Positions 9,729 to 23,209 of a stretch of 64,000 nt of DNA are shown here, one piece after another (position 1 is the first letter of the stretch; each line of letters begins with the position of its first letter). Position numbers and translations under genes: made by a program. A model generated the notes under the pieces. That model saw nothing but the letters and a program-made list of their open reading frames with translations, was not told where the DNA came from and made no database searches. The stretch covers positions 24,038,394 to 24,102,393 of the forward strand of contig NC_068995.1 of NCBI RefSeq assembly GCF_001194135.2, given 5' to 3'. The DNA comes from Octopus bimaculoides (taxonomy: Eukaryota).

Positions 9729-11399
9729 GTTTGGAGCAAGCAAGGCCACTTACAAAACGCTGCTATGTTGCAGAGATTTCTGAAACAGATTATGAGAAAC
9801 TGATAACTGCCTTCCGCTAACAGTGAGAAAATACAAACAGTTTATAATACTATAAAATATAAATCAGTAAAAGTATAAAATATAAAGTCATGGTAAGACA
9901 AGCATTTTTTAAATGTATTTTACTTGCGCGAGTGCCAAAAGGCGGAAACACAATCTGCTTTTCTTTAAAGTTCTTTGCAATGTTCGATTCCTCCTGCGGT
10001 AAGGTACATTCGTTTGAGTATGATCCTTGTCAGTGTTAATGGGTGTAAAGGAAGACTTTGTAACAAAGAATATATCTCTGATTGGCCTTTAACACCATCG
10101 TTGCTTCCCTCATTCCAGTCGAAAATCAAAGACGTGAAACTTGCCAACTTCATCGAAAACAAGAAATTACTTTTCCACGTATCCTCACATTCTCTTCAAA
10201 TACTTGAAGAAGTCGATAGAGTTTCTCGAACTTTTCATATATTTCAAATCTACCCGACATAAAATCTTTGTCCCCATATCAAAGTTCCTTGCTTCGGAAC
10301 ACATGGACTACATGGACGACAAGCGGATCCTTTAACAACTTTGTTTCCATCCATAATTTTTCTTGTCAACACTCATTAGACCCAAATGTGCAGAAAATGC
10401 CTTCGTCGTACACATCTTAGGTAATAGAGATGTAGTTGACTGTACTACTATGCCTGTAAAATTTATCGATGCCTGAAATAACTCATTACAACCTTCTGTA
10501 TATAGTGATGTCTACTGAAGGTATCTCCTAAATCTCAGAAGATTTTTGCGTTCCCGATAACACCATTAATATCAAATGCTTACCATTTCCGTTTTAACAT
10601 TGGCCAAAGTTTATAACTCTGCATCCAGTAGGTTTGTGGACATAAACTATTGATTATATCTTCCTTGGCTCACACAAGCAGAGATACACGCACTGTGTTG
10701 CGAAATGCTTAGACGTCTGGCAAAGCCATAACGATGAAGCATGTAAGCATAAAGTATGTACTGTATGGCTGATCATCCTTATTCGATAAATAGTACTTCC
10801 CGCAACCTCTCAGTGAATATCTTCCGTAAATGTTATGATGCTGTATGTCTTCCATGCACTATCACCTCTCATTATGGAAGTTGTAGTATGATGCACAGGT
10901 AAACTTTCAAATCCACTGATTCCAGCTCACTGTTATCACCAAACCGAAATGTGACCGAAAAGTCGGAGGCATCTATCTTGAACTGGTTTTGCAAACACCC
11001 GTCATAATTGCGAAAAAGCGAATTGTGGCATTGTTGTCATATCAGGCACATGAGTTATTTTGGACTATCGAATATCATTTCCACCTTCGTTCTAAGCGGC
11101 AAACGCCCAGGAAATCTTCCAGATACCTAAAGATATCTAGCTGCACGCCCAGCTGGGGTAGAAACGGTGGGTAGTATTTAAGTACTGCATTAGTTGTTGT
11201 ACACATCCAGGTGACCTCTCAACAGACGCTCTCTTCTGTTCTGCTACCACAATATCTACGATATTCTTACATTTATATTTCAAAACGAAATTCATAAAAC
11301 ACAAAACAAAAATGTTTACTATATAATTTCATATTCTTGAAGGAGAGGAAGAAAGAAACTCACCAATAATGATAACAATGATTTCACATTTTGTTATAA

Positions 11400-11752
11400 G
11401 GCCAGTAATTTCGGGAGAAGAGCTCAGTGAAATACATCCACCCAGTACTCAATTGATACTTATGTTAAAAGACAAAGTTGACCTCAGCGGAATTTGAACT
11501 CAGAACATTAAGACGAACCAAATACCTATTTCTTTACTGCCCACAAGGGGCTACACACAGAGGGGACAAACAAGGACAGACAAACGGATTAAGTCGATTA
11601 TATCGACCCCAGTGCGTAACTGGTACTTAATTTATCGACCCCGAAAGAATGAAAGGCAAAGTCGACCTCGGCGGAATCTGAACTCAGAACGCAGTGGCAG
11701 ACGAAATACCGCTAAGCATTTCACCCGGCATGCTAACGATTCTGCCTGCTCA
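11400..11752 (-). mobile_element. Two tandem copies of tRNA-derived SINE family A
   Basis: Reverse complement of gagctggcagaatcgttagca..gttcaaattccgccgaggtcgactttgcctttcatcctttcggggtcgataaattaagtaccag; the 11528-11752 copy is well preserved. Confidence 0.88.
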
Positions 11753-11872
11753 GGTATGATTTTAAAAAGGTGCAGAAAAATACACAAACTAAATGTTGTG
11801 ACCTGCAAGCAGGCTCAACACCCATGAAATAGCACAACTAGGTGGAGGAGGAGGAGAGGGAGAGTTGGAGGT

Positions 11873-11974
11873 GAAATGGAGTTGGAGGAGAAATGGAGTT
11901 GGAGGAGAAATGGAGTTGGAGGAGAAATGGAGTTGGAGGAGAAATGGAGTTGGAGGAGAAATGGAGTTGGAGGA
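11873..11974 (+). repeat. 17-bp minisatellite (gaaatggagttggagga) x6
   Basis: Six identical consecutive units counted. Confidence 0.95.
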
Positions 11975-12937
11975 GAAGGGGGAGGAGGAGGTCTAAGAAT
12001 GGTACACGGGAAATATTCGTATATTTGAGAAGATATACAAATGCCAAAAACAAAAACAAAAAGGTTTCCTATTTACTAACGTTCACTTCACACACGTGAT
12101 GGTCTCCCATAAGCACTAGAGATTCGAACAGAAGATTTGCTACTGATAAAGTAATACAGGCATTTGTTTTGCAATTGAACTGTCACTGTTTTAGGTCACC
12201 TATTATAACTGATTATTACAAATACTAGACTTAATAAAACCAAATTCAAATCATGTTAACAATATAAATGTTTTGTGTGTGTGTATGTGTGTGTGTGTGT
12301 GTGTGTATAAAGAAAATATCGTTGGTGAAGAATCTGAAATAGTATTATCATTACAAAATAGATTGTCTCAACAAAACGTACTATTTTACTAGGCATATAT
12401 ATATTTTCATGGCAGTTATTTCTTCAAAAAGAAAACTATGATTTGGATGATGGTTAATCTGTAAAGAATACAATAGTCAAAATACAATAATCTTTATATA
12501 TATTACATTAAACCAGTCCGAAACAAATAACTGAAAGGTCAACTATATCTATGCGCATGTAAACATGTACGTGTGTGTGTGCGCGCGCGCATGCATGCGT
12601 ATATGTCTATGTGTGAGTGTGTATATATGTGTGTAATCCAATGTCGATCATACAAACAACTCCAGGTTTAGTTCAATTATGGTAGACTCATGATTGTCAA
12701 ATGCGTGAAAGCTTCAGGTACAGTACTCATTTTCCTTCCTCCGCCATCTTGACTACGTTCGTCTTATGTACAAATATGCAATTTTCACGGACGTAAGTAT
12801 ATCGTTCTTCCACTGAACCTGGAGTTATGTGACATCCTTTGCGTGATTGTCGTTAAATTATAGGTCATCTAGTTGAGTATAGCTGAGTGCTCATTTTTTA
12901 GCTATGCACCGCTTCTAATTGTGTGTGCCTATGTATA

Positions 12938-13138
12938 CAATAATCCCTCGACTATCGCGGTTGTTACTTCCATAGGTGGCAATCTGCGAAATAGTACTGT
13001 ACTCTATATCTTTTTTTTATTTTTATAATGTGTATATATTTATTTTATTATAAATGCAAAACAACACCACGGAGGAATCGACGTAAGCTTAAATAATAAA
13101 CCGTGATAGGTGAACCACAATATGGCGAGGGATTACTG
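12938..13138. mobile_element. pogo/Tigger-like MITE with TA target-site duplication
   Basis: TA|caataatccctcgactatcgcgg ... ccacaatatggcgagggattactg|TA; TIRs of about 23 bp. Confidence 0.8.
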
Positions 13139-13169
13139 TATATGGGCGTATATACATACATATATAATC

Positions 13170-13385
13170 TTACACTTTGACTTATTTCAGTCATTTTAAC
13201 AGTGGCCATGCTAGAGCACCGCCTTTTAGTCGAAGAATTTGACCCTGGACTCATTCTTTGTAAGTCTGATACTTACTATATCGGTCTGTTTTGCCGAAAC
13301 GCTAAGTTACGGGGAAGTAAACACACCAAAATCGGTTGTCAAGCGATGATGGGTGGACAAACACAGACAGAAACACACAAATATA
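13170..13385 (-). mobile_element. SINE family B 3' part
   Basis: Reverse complement of the family B tail (cgcttgacaaccg..ccgtaacttagcgtttcggcaaaacagaccgata..). Confidence 0.75.
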
Positions 13386-13415
13386 TACATACATACATAT
13401 GTGTGGACAAAATTC

Positions 13416-13525
13416 TTACGTTCTGAGTTCAAATGCCACTGAGGTCGACTTTCCTCTTCATCCTTTCGAGGCAAGAAAATAAGTACCAGTTGAGCACTGG
13501 TGTCAAGATAATCGACTTTCCTGTT
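13416..13525 (+). mobile_element. SINE family A, 5'-truncated
   Basis: ttacgttctgagttcaaatgccactgaggtcgactttcctcttcatcctttcgagg..aagtaccagttgagcactgg. Confidence 0.8.
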
Positions 13526-13591
13526 TCCACAAAACTTCAAATACAGTGGCTGTCATGGATATAATTATCATTTTGCATTCTACTATAATTT

Positions 13592-13618
13592 ATTGTTGTT
13601 GTTGTTGTTGTTGTTGTT

Positions 13619-13686
<68 letters not shown>

Positions 13687-14380
13687 TTACGCGCATTTCG
13701 CATTACGCAACGATATCATCAAAAAGCTATTCAACATTATCGTTCCTTCCAGCGACGCCAGGCAGCATTGATGATGGCAGGTGATAGTATGATTTTTACT
13801 CCACATCGTAGTCGACATCTGATCTATTGTCATCCATGCTGCCACCTTACTCTATGCCATTAGCCATTGCGAATAGGTTATGATTCTTTTGTTTGAATAC
13901 TTGCTGAGGATTTATTTTTCACTTTCATGTTAGATTTTTCACTGATATACTGTTTATCTATCTGTGATGAAGCGTTCATCACTGCTGTTTCCTTAAATAG
14001 TTCTTCTATTCCTACCGAATACCCTACCGTCCATATAGGATACAGTGAATCCGGCTACAAACTCCCGACGTCCTACCTCCATCGCTAGTGTTGTATTTAT
14101 CACCTGCGTGTCTCACATCTTCCTTGGTTCTTCGTATTTTAAACATACTTTTCAGGTTCTTACACAGGGCCTTCTTGTCAGGCCAGGCTAATGCATAAGA
14201 TCGTAGCATTGCCTCGTTAACATCATATAGTCAGCAAATACGAAAGTTTCCCTCTGATCTACTTCATCCCTCCAGTCGCTTGCAACACAGAGCAGTCTAG
14301 GTCATGGCTTCTCTTTGTCTACGAGCTTGCTGGGGATTTTTTCCTACTTGCCCTGTACAAAATAAATGCATGTCACCCCA
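13592..14380 (-). mobile_element. Decayed RTE-like LINE 3' end with (ACT)n(AAC)n tail
   Basis: Minus-strand fragments CILYGR.., IEELFKETAVM, MDDNRSD, RRWKER resemble the RTE post-RT region; the element ends in the 13592-13685 triplet tract. Confidence 0.5.
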
Positions 14381-14389
14381 TTGATTGAT

Positions 14390-14900
14390 GAGGATGATTT
14401 ATTGCCATTCAAGATAGAACACGCTCCAATGATGCATAGATTTCATACCATTAACATTAAAATGGCCAATCTGGATTAAGCGTTTAAGATCGGTTAAGGC
14501 TGAATATATTACGGATGATTTAATTCTAATTGGATGTTTGTCATCATAGAGGGCAACACATTTAAACTGGATCACTTCAATCATATTTATAACGCAAGAG
14601 AGTTATAGAAATAGTACTACAAATAACAACGTCAGTTATAAGAGCTAGTTGAAGCATTAGACCTCTTGTTTTGGTAATATTCTCTAGATGACAAAGAAAT
14701 TGACTCCAGGGACAATAGGCAAATTTTCGTAACAGCATTTCTACACGTAAAAAAATAAATGCAGACAGCGGATTGAAACACTGTGTTAGTATAAATGACG
14801 AAATTATCGAATTAGAACTAAATAATCCACAATCAAAGAATGAGAATGTTATATATGTAATAACATCTGTTTGGAATCTCATAGCAAAGTCTTTAATAAT
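14390..14900 (-). mobile_element. Ancient CR1/L2-like RT fossil
   Basis: ORF-track peptides CVALYDDK (YADD-like) and SALTDLKRLIQ..FNVNGMKSMH (resembling LQ.DL..L..W..FNV.KCK.MH). Confidence 0.45.
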
Positions 14901-15229
14901 TGTCATGTAATTACCTTAAATTTATCTAAACTGTCTCATGCACTTTGTTTTACATGAATGTTTTACACAGATACACACCTATTCACACACACTCAGGTAT
15001 ACGCCCACCCACAGATATCTGTATATAACTTTTATATTTTACTTGTTTCAGACTATGCCCATGCTAGGGCAGCGCCTTGTGTGTGTGTGAGTCTGTGTGT
15101 GTGAGTCTGTGTGTGCGTGAATCTCTGTGTGTATGAGTCTCTGTGCGTGCGTGTGTGTGTGTGTGTGTTAAGTATTCTTTTTAAAATGGTTTTAAAAGAA
15201 TGTTGTTTTCAACAATAGTGTAGACTGTT

Positions 15230-15700
15230 TCTCGTTTAGTTTTGGATCTACAATTCTTATAAACTACTCTGCTTTTTCCTTTCGTAGTTGAACATTTTTT
15301 TCTTTTATTTTGAAAAAAGCGAAATATTTTGAATTTTCATCTGTACAATTGCCTAGATGTCCTCCAGATGGAACAGTTCTACGAGACAAATTCTTATTTT
15401 GCTGTTTGTTCATTCTCACATGGCTGTTTAATTTTGCTCCTGCTTCTCCAATAAAATTCTCACTGCATTGAAAGCCTATGATGCAGTAGATGCAAGTTTT
15501 TGTTTGGTAATTCATGTCTGCATTCATCTTCAATTCTTTCCAATTCTTGAATCTTTTTGTTGTTTCTTGTTCATGTTGTTCTTTTTTACACGTCCCACAA
15601 CGATTGTCTCTAAAGTTTGCTATTCGCATTATTTCTTTCGCCAATGTGAATTTTGCCTTTGTTGGGAGTCTTTTGAGGTTTAGTGGTTGCCTTTAGCTAC
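15230..15700 (-). mobile_element. Penelope-like GIY-YIG endonuclease remnant
   Basis: ORF 15264-15644: RCGTCK..NADMNYQTKTCIYCIIGFQCSENFIGEAGAKLNSHVRMNKQQ..GHLGNC..RKEKAE. Confidence 0.8.
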
Positions 15701-16664
15701 TGATAATTTTTGATTCTTTAATTATTTAGTCAGTCATTCATACCATCAGTATTGATATGTTTTATCAATTATTCGCCCTTTTAATTATTTTACACGGATA
15801 TTCCAATATTTTCTCTCTTCGTTTCAGTGTTTACAATCCATGAATGAATTTATGCATTATCATCAAACAGAAGAAGGTTACTGTGACGTGTAGGCTTTTA
15901 GTGTATGCATTGTCTATTTATATGTATGGAATGTAATCAATCCTTCGCTACAAAGAAATATGCAGATATAAAACGCCGCTCGCCAAGCAACAGATAATGT
16001 TTCATTTATGTGATAGACTTAGTTTTCTCTCCTCTCTAAAAGTGATATTTCTAATATTGAAATATCACTTTACGTGATAATATATTTGTGTATGCGTAGA
16101 TATATATTCATTTTTTAAGAATCTGAAGCATCCAATTTTTTTTTATATTGTCCATCTTTACGATCTTTAGCTCAACGCCCGTCGAGGTGGACTCTGGCTT
16201 TCATTCTTTCCGGGTCAATATAAAATAAGTAGCAGTTCAACACTAGTTTCTATTTAAATGACTTACATCTGCCTCCGAAATTGTTGACCCGGTGCCAACA
16301 TTTGAAATTAATATTGTATATTGTACAGACATTCAAGAATAGATCAAAATTTAGTTATATCTGTCCTTGTCAACAATCGCTTTTGCTACTATATTCCACT
16401 TCTAAATAAGACAAACAAGCTTATTTCAACTTGCTGATATATGTCTGAATTCTTTCTCAGGATTTCCAAGTAGGTTCTTCTGAGGAATTCTAGATGACAG
16501 TTGAATACAACTATCGCGAGTCCCTTGTCATACAGAAGTCGTTATTCGAACCACTTCCACAGTTAAGTCATTTTTCTGCAATATGCTATGCGACAGACGC
16601 GATGAAAAGGTCGCTTTAAGAAAAATATTGATTTCAAATTTTCGCACAAAGTCAGCAGTCTTGG

Positions 16665-17053
16665 GAGAAAGGGGATGCCTGTATTCAACTGTTTTTTATT
16701 TTATCTACCCGAAAATGATGAAAGGCAAAGTCGACCTCTGCAGAATTAGAACTCAGAACGTGAAGACGGTCGAAAAACTACCGAGCATTTTGCCAAGCGT
16801 GCTGACGATTCTGTCAGCTCGCCGCCTTAAGGTAAATATTCTTTTCTACTCTAGGCACAAGGCCGGAAAGTTTTGGTGAGGTGGCCAGTCGATTAGATCG
16901 ACCCCAGTACACAACTGGTACTTAATTTATGGACTCTGAAAGGACGAAAGGCAAAGTCGACCTCAGCGTATTTTGAACTCAGAACGTAAAGACAGACGAA
17001 ATATCGTTAAGCATTTCGCTCGGTGTGCTGACGTTTCAGCCAGCTCACCGCCT
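16665..17053 (-). mobile_element. Two tandem SINE family A copies
   Basis: Copies at about 16665-16829 and 16838-17053, each ending in cagctc(g/a)ccgcctt, the reverse complement of the SINE 5' end. Confidence 0.88.
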
Positions 17054-17261
17054 TCTTTGAGATGGATATTGATTAGGGTAATAATCCATCCATACCTTTC
17101 ACATTAATAAATATACACCAAACTTTATGTATTTCTAATGTCAGGTTTTATTAAGCATTGCATGATTTTATGAAGCAGTATAAACAAAAGATGCGTATTT
17201 GCTTCGAGTTGCTTTTAAATCAGTTGGTCGAAATAATTTTGTATTAACTCATGTCCCTCTA

Positions 17262-17460
17262 AAACGGTGAGCTGGCAGAATTGCTAGCAAGCCGGACAAA
17301 ATGTTTATCGGCGTTTCGTCCGACATTATGTTTTACGTGCAGATTCCACCGAGGTCGACTTTGCCTTTCATCACTTTGCGGTTGTTAAAATAATAGCTGA
17401 GATCGATGTAATCGGCCTAACACTTCGACTGAAATTGCTGGCCTGGTATCAAAATATGAA
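17262..17460 (+). mobile_element. SINE family A, head-to-head with 16838-17053
   Basis: aaacggtgagctggcagaattgctagca..gaggtcgactttgcctttcatc. Confidence 0.85.
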
Positions 17461-17658
17461 AATAATTTATATGTCCTCTAAGCTTTGAGGAAACTGCGTT
17501 CGCTTGTAGTCTCTATTTTGAGAATAGATGCTCGATGTGTCTTTGAGGGCTATAAACATATGTGTGTGTCTGTGTATCTGCGCGTGTGCATGACCATACT
17601 TTCAAGTGTGTGTGTTTATATATATGTACGTATATATAGGAGAGTATATATGTATGTG

Positions 17659-17735
<77 letters not shown>

Positions 17736-20199
17736 CTTTAAAGTACATGTCTGTACTGGAAAAATTTATTTAGAGTATACATATGAGTGTATGTGTGTGT
17801 GTGTCTGTGCGCCCACGCTCTCCTTTGTGTGTGTGCCTGTGGCAATGTAGTTATATATGCATATATGTACTTATAGACGTGATAGAAACTACATTGCAAA
17901 TAAATAAGCTCCAGTTCTATTATTCAACTATTTGTTCAGAATTCAGGTCGGGAGTTCATGTTATTAAAGTGTAATTTTAGTTTCGTTGCCATTTCAATAA
18001 CAAAAACCGCCACCATTTCTATGAAGTTCTAATCGCATAATGTCATTGTCAGTAGATCAAAAAATCATAAATTGTTTATGATATTGAGCAAAAATTTAAA
18101 ATGATACTATAATCAAAATGGTTTCACAATATCCCAAACGAATCCTTACAAGCGATAATTATAATCCATGAGAAAATACGATCCATTACAAATTAACAAT
18201 TGTGAGAGACACTATTTGTTTATTCTACCTGGATTTGTGCAATCAAAATAGCAATACATTATATATTTATAAGCATTCAATACGCTTCACATGACTGCTG
18301 TACATTCAAAACAAATTATAAACTGTTTTAAATATCCATACATAAGTAAACATTTGGTGGTTGATTTCGGTGAAATGATACTGTGCCAAATTAAATGTCT
18401 TAAGCTTGCTATAGATCCGAATCATATTATTTGCGTTCCGTACTTTTTAAGCACCCAGACACGACAAAAACAATACCTACTCTGAGGAGCGAATGGATTC
18501 AATAAGCCACCCGTCAAATCTACAAATTGAATAGGGTTCCACTAAAGTTTTGAGCCAAGAATTACTGAGTTTTTTTGGCAATCACTGCAACCGATTGGTC
18601 TTTCTTAGATGTAATGACCTTCCTTTCCGTTGACCAAAGATAGCCACCATGAGAGATCCTATGAACGATGGCCACCACGAGAAAACAAACGAAGGTAACT
18701 TAAATCAGTCTTAGCTAAGACCTCTTTCTTTCGCATTGTCGGAACGTGCCGAAGCGTTGTAGATAAAAGTCATTATTGGTTAGAATAGGTGATTCTTTGC
18801 TAAATTAGTTATTATCACCGAATCCCATTACTTATTCCTCTGTAAAACAGACGTCATTCTTCTATCAGAAATAAAATTATAATAGCCTCAGCCGAAAAGC
18901 ATAATAATATGACCAGAAGTTTAATTGTGTCTAGTGTAGTTCCTTACTCTTCTGTGTTAAAATCTATAACTATCGGGTTTTTTTCGTTCGTGAACTAGTT
19001 ATCGAAGAAGTAAATAACAGTAAAATACCGGTGTTATAGATTTAACTGATTATAATTCCCATTAAAATCATTCGTTTCTTCGAGAAGATAAGTACTTTTT
19101 CTAGAAATAAGGCTACAATTATCACGCATAGACGAGACAAACACATAACATGTTTTGTAGTCTATTATTCAATATACATAATTTAAAGTAACGTTTTTTT
19201 ATTTTTTATTTATTTTTTTTTTTTGTATCAAGACTACTTTGTCTTTGTTCACTTTAGACTCATTAAACATTAAAACAACCAGGGAATAAACGATGATTCC
19301 TAGTTATTCTACAACCGGTGTATGTACTAACCTCGGTAATTCTCATCTCCCACACAGGGCGATATCTAATCTCTATTCTAAACCTCAAGAAATTACTAGA
19401 CATGAAATCATTTCTAGCTTATATTGTATTAGCTGATCGAATATTCTTTTACTTGGATTGGACTGTCGCTCATCAGAGAAATTGAACTCAATAGTTTCAG
19501 CTACAGAATTGATTCCCCATTCTATAGAACAGCTGGTACCTACAGCTTTATGGTAAATACTTCATTGTAGCTACTTACGTAGAGAAGACCATTGAAATCC
19601 TAATATATCTACCTAGTCCTCGATTTGCTGTTTGTTTTCATAACGACTCTTTCAACACTTCCTTCATTTCCATACAACGCCAGGAACGAACTCAACATTG
19701 ATAATTAACACTGATTAATATTCCAATGACCTCTACACTTATAAGAGTACTTAATAGTGCCTGACCTACATGATTAAAATTAAGTGAATTGGATGAAATA
19801 AATTGAAGTGCCTTAGACATGGTTCCAGTGGTGCTATCATCATACTAATAACACGATGGATAACTCTTAGCCGACCAGATGTGACATTGAAACTAGAAGC
19901 TATTGACTGCCAAATTTTGATCACCGCTACTCTGTTCCTAGAAAATCAGCGTTACTGACGTAAGTAGCACGTCTCAGCTTCCATACTTTAGGTTACAGAA
20001 GAAATGCACTATCGTTACTATTTAAATATATTCCGGTCCAACCTCCACAATTGACGTTTCCAAATTAATTTCCCTCTCGCTTCTTCTATCCAGCCTTTTA
20101 TTTCATCTCTTCATTGCCACATATTTCTTTTGACTTTGTTTAGAATAATTTTATGATTATCATCGTTTTTATCATTATGATTAGGGTGCGGTGGCGGGT

Positions 20200-20834
20200 T
20201 GGGGAAGGGGTTGGCTGAGGCTGATGTTACAGGTAAAGATGACAATAATGATTAAGAGGATAAAAGTGTTGAAGATCATGATGATGCTTCTGTTGTTGTG
20301 ACTGCTGATAACGATGCTGTTGCTGCTGCTGTTGCTGCTCTTACTACAGATGATGATCGTAGTGGTGGTGGTTGTGGTGCTGGTGTTGGTGGTGCTGGTG
20401 GTGCTGGTGGTGCTGGTGCTCTAGTGATGATGGGGATCGGTCCAAATGCTGACGCCAGTGATAGAGGTGATTGTAGCCTAATATTATTGATGGCGGCTGT
20501 AGCGACGGTTGCTAGTGAGGTGGATAGGGGGTGGCAGAGTGGAAATGAAGTAGAGATGACCGTCTTGGTGCTACTTATACTAGTTCTATTAGCGCTGGTG
20601 TTACTCTCTGATGACGGTGTGTCTTTGGTGGCGGTCGTGGTGGCGGTGGCGGACTTAGCTCTTGTAGTAGTATAATATCAGTTGATATAGTGATGTCTCG
20701 ATAAATGGAGATTAGATTATCTGTAATGTGTGGTGCAGGTGGTGGGTAGGAAGGTGTCTGCTGTTGTCCATGGTGAGCAGTGGAGACGATGGTGGAGGTG
20801 GCGATAGAAGAGGTAGGGGCCAGTGAGGATAGAA

Positions 20835-20880
<46 letters not shown>

Positions 20881-21000
20881 GATGCCAGCGATGACGCTAG
20901 TAGTTATAACGTTGGTGGTAGTGGTGATGGTAATGATGAGCATAAAGCAAGGTAGTGGTGTTGTGTGCTTGTATGGGGGTGGGTGGGGAGATTAACGATG
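20200..21000 (-). other. GC-enriched cryptic-triplet low-complexity block with two overlapping open frames on the minus strand
   Basis: Frame A 20575-20943 (T/N/S/P-rich, poly-N) and frame B about 20279-20677 (T/S/A/P-rich); no recognisable domain. Confidence 0.3.
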
Positions 21001-21704
21001 ATGGGTGGATCTAAGAGTGTTGTAATTTTTTCTTTGACATTTTTTCAAACTATTTTTGTTGTTACTATTAATGTTGTTGTTAAAACGAAAAGTTAATGAT
21101 TAAAGAAACACCGGTGGGTGTTACATGTAAATTATGGTATGGTACTATCCCATTAACAATCATTACAACTCGCCGTTTCCAATTGAATATTCTTTGATGT
21201 TCTTTTTCTCTATGTTTTTTCTTTTTTTATACATATTTTATTTTCATTGTTTTTTTGTTGTTTTTTTTTCATATTCATTAACATATCATTAATTACTGAA
21301 TTTAACAGTATTCAAACCATTAAGTTAGCAGCCTATAGAGAGCCTAAGATGAATTGGTTCAACAACGCTGATTCAAGCTAAATTCATTTTTATAAGTCTG
21401 TCAAGTGGATATCACTCTTCAATGGAATAATAAGAACTTGTTAAATAATTCAAATATGAAAGCTCCACATTAATAGAAAAGATAATGTTTTCCCCCTTTT
21501 TTCTTTCTTCATTAATACTAATAAAACAAAATGTTCTTTTAAAAATAAATAATATATATACATATATNNNNNNNNNNNNNNNNNNNNNNNNNNNNNNNNN
21601 NNNNNNNNNNNNNNNNNNNNNNNNNNNNNNNNNNNNNNNNNNNNNNNNNNNNNNNNNNNNNNNNNNNNNNNNNNNNNNNNNATATATATGTATATATGTG
21701 TATG

Positions 21705-21786
<82 letters not shown>

Positions 21787-22462
21787 TGTATGTATGTATA
21801 AATTCAATGAAATGAAGCGCATGAAGTGTAATGATATGTTGTAGATTAAAAATGGATTGGAAGTAAAATATTTAGTGATTACCCGTTTATTCAACTTTCA
21901 AGTAAGAATATATTAAATACAATTGAATACAATGGAAAGAGACTTTGGAATTGCAATAGAAGAAAGTGAATGAGCCAGTTGTCTTTATAATTATTAGGTC
22001 AGAGGAGAAAAGACAGCAACAGTAGCAGGTAAGTTTAGCATAGATAATATTCAAATTCACCTATAAGTTGACGAAAGTTGAAAAGGTAGACAGAGAGAGA
22101 GACAGACAGAGACAGAGACAGAGACAGAGTGAGTTTCAGGGGCTGCATGTGACTACAGTTTTCTTATTTACCTGTTAGGGGAACATATACACCTGGCGTA
22201 ATTCCTTAATGTTTTATTCTCCCTAGTTAATCTTAAGTGGACCTGCGACGCAAAGCATTATCATCGTTTCTATTTCTATCTTTGAAGATGCATGGAGAAC
22301 GGTAGAACATAGCTGACTCGGATGACTAAAAGAGGAGTAGGGTACGAGTGATCGGCGTTACGTACATGGCTTGTTCAGAGAACAAAGGCCGCAGCCGCAA
22401 TTGCTGCCGACGTCGTCATCGTCGACATCACTGCCACCGCTGTCATCGTCATCGTCGTCATA

Positions 22463-22547
22463 GAAGAAGAAGAAGAAGAAGAAGAAGAAGAAGAAGAAGA
22501 AGAAGAAGAAGAAGAAGAAGAAGAAGAAGAAGAAGAAGAAGAAGAAG

Positions 22548-22576
<29 letters not shown>
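22463..22576 (+). repeat. (GAA)n microsatellite preceded by a (CGT/CAT) triplet run
   Basis: Seen directly; explains the poly-R ORF 22348-22740. Confidence 0.95.
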
Positions 22577-22578
<2 letters not shown>

Positions 22579-23209
22579 TGCTGCGTCCTCAGCATATTAG
22601 AAATTATTAATAATCAGCAAGGTCAGGTTAGCTCTGATCGAGCAGAATCAATGATTAAATGCGTTCCAGCCGTGAACAACCCGTCTTTTCTCAGAGACAC
22701 TACATCCCGGGCCCCATTAGCCACTATAGGGGGTTACTAGTGGGTATTTCGTCTCTCATTGTAGCGGATTTTTTTATCTCTATTCATGTAATCTTGTAGG
22801 AATATCAACTAAATATTTGCTGCCTCGTATGCAACCACTATACAAGCAATTCTTTAATCTTGTATATATTTGAATTTCGCATTGAGAAAGCAAATTAAAA
22901 CAACTGGCGTATTTTCTACTTTAATGTTTTCTGCGTTTATCAATATATAATGTCATCAAAGACGGTGATTTAGCATTTGTTGATGCATTTTAGGTTTCAA
23001 GCTGTCTTTTTTTTCTTTTTTAATCGTAGACTCTCGGTTGTCGTGAACATTTTTTCTATGCTTTGACTTCCTTCATTAATCATGCAGTCCATGTAAGACG
23101 TATAAAGGTGTCTGCTGTCGTTTTCGGGTTATGTATCGTGTGATTAAGAGAGATTTAGTAGCTCATTCTAGCAAATCGAGGGATCATAATGAGAGATTTT
23201 TCTGGTTCT

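Noticed and set aside
11873-11974. Regular repeats considered as a CRISPR-like array
   Set aside because: Contiguous units without spacers, in a eukaryotic context.
20298-20675. Plus-strand Gly/Ala/Val-rich ORF that looks membrane-like
   Set aside because: Antisense shadow of the triplet-periodic block; no domain support.
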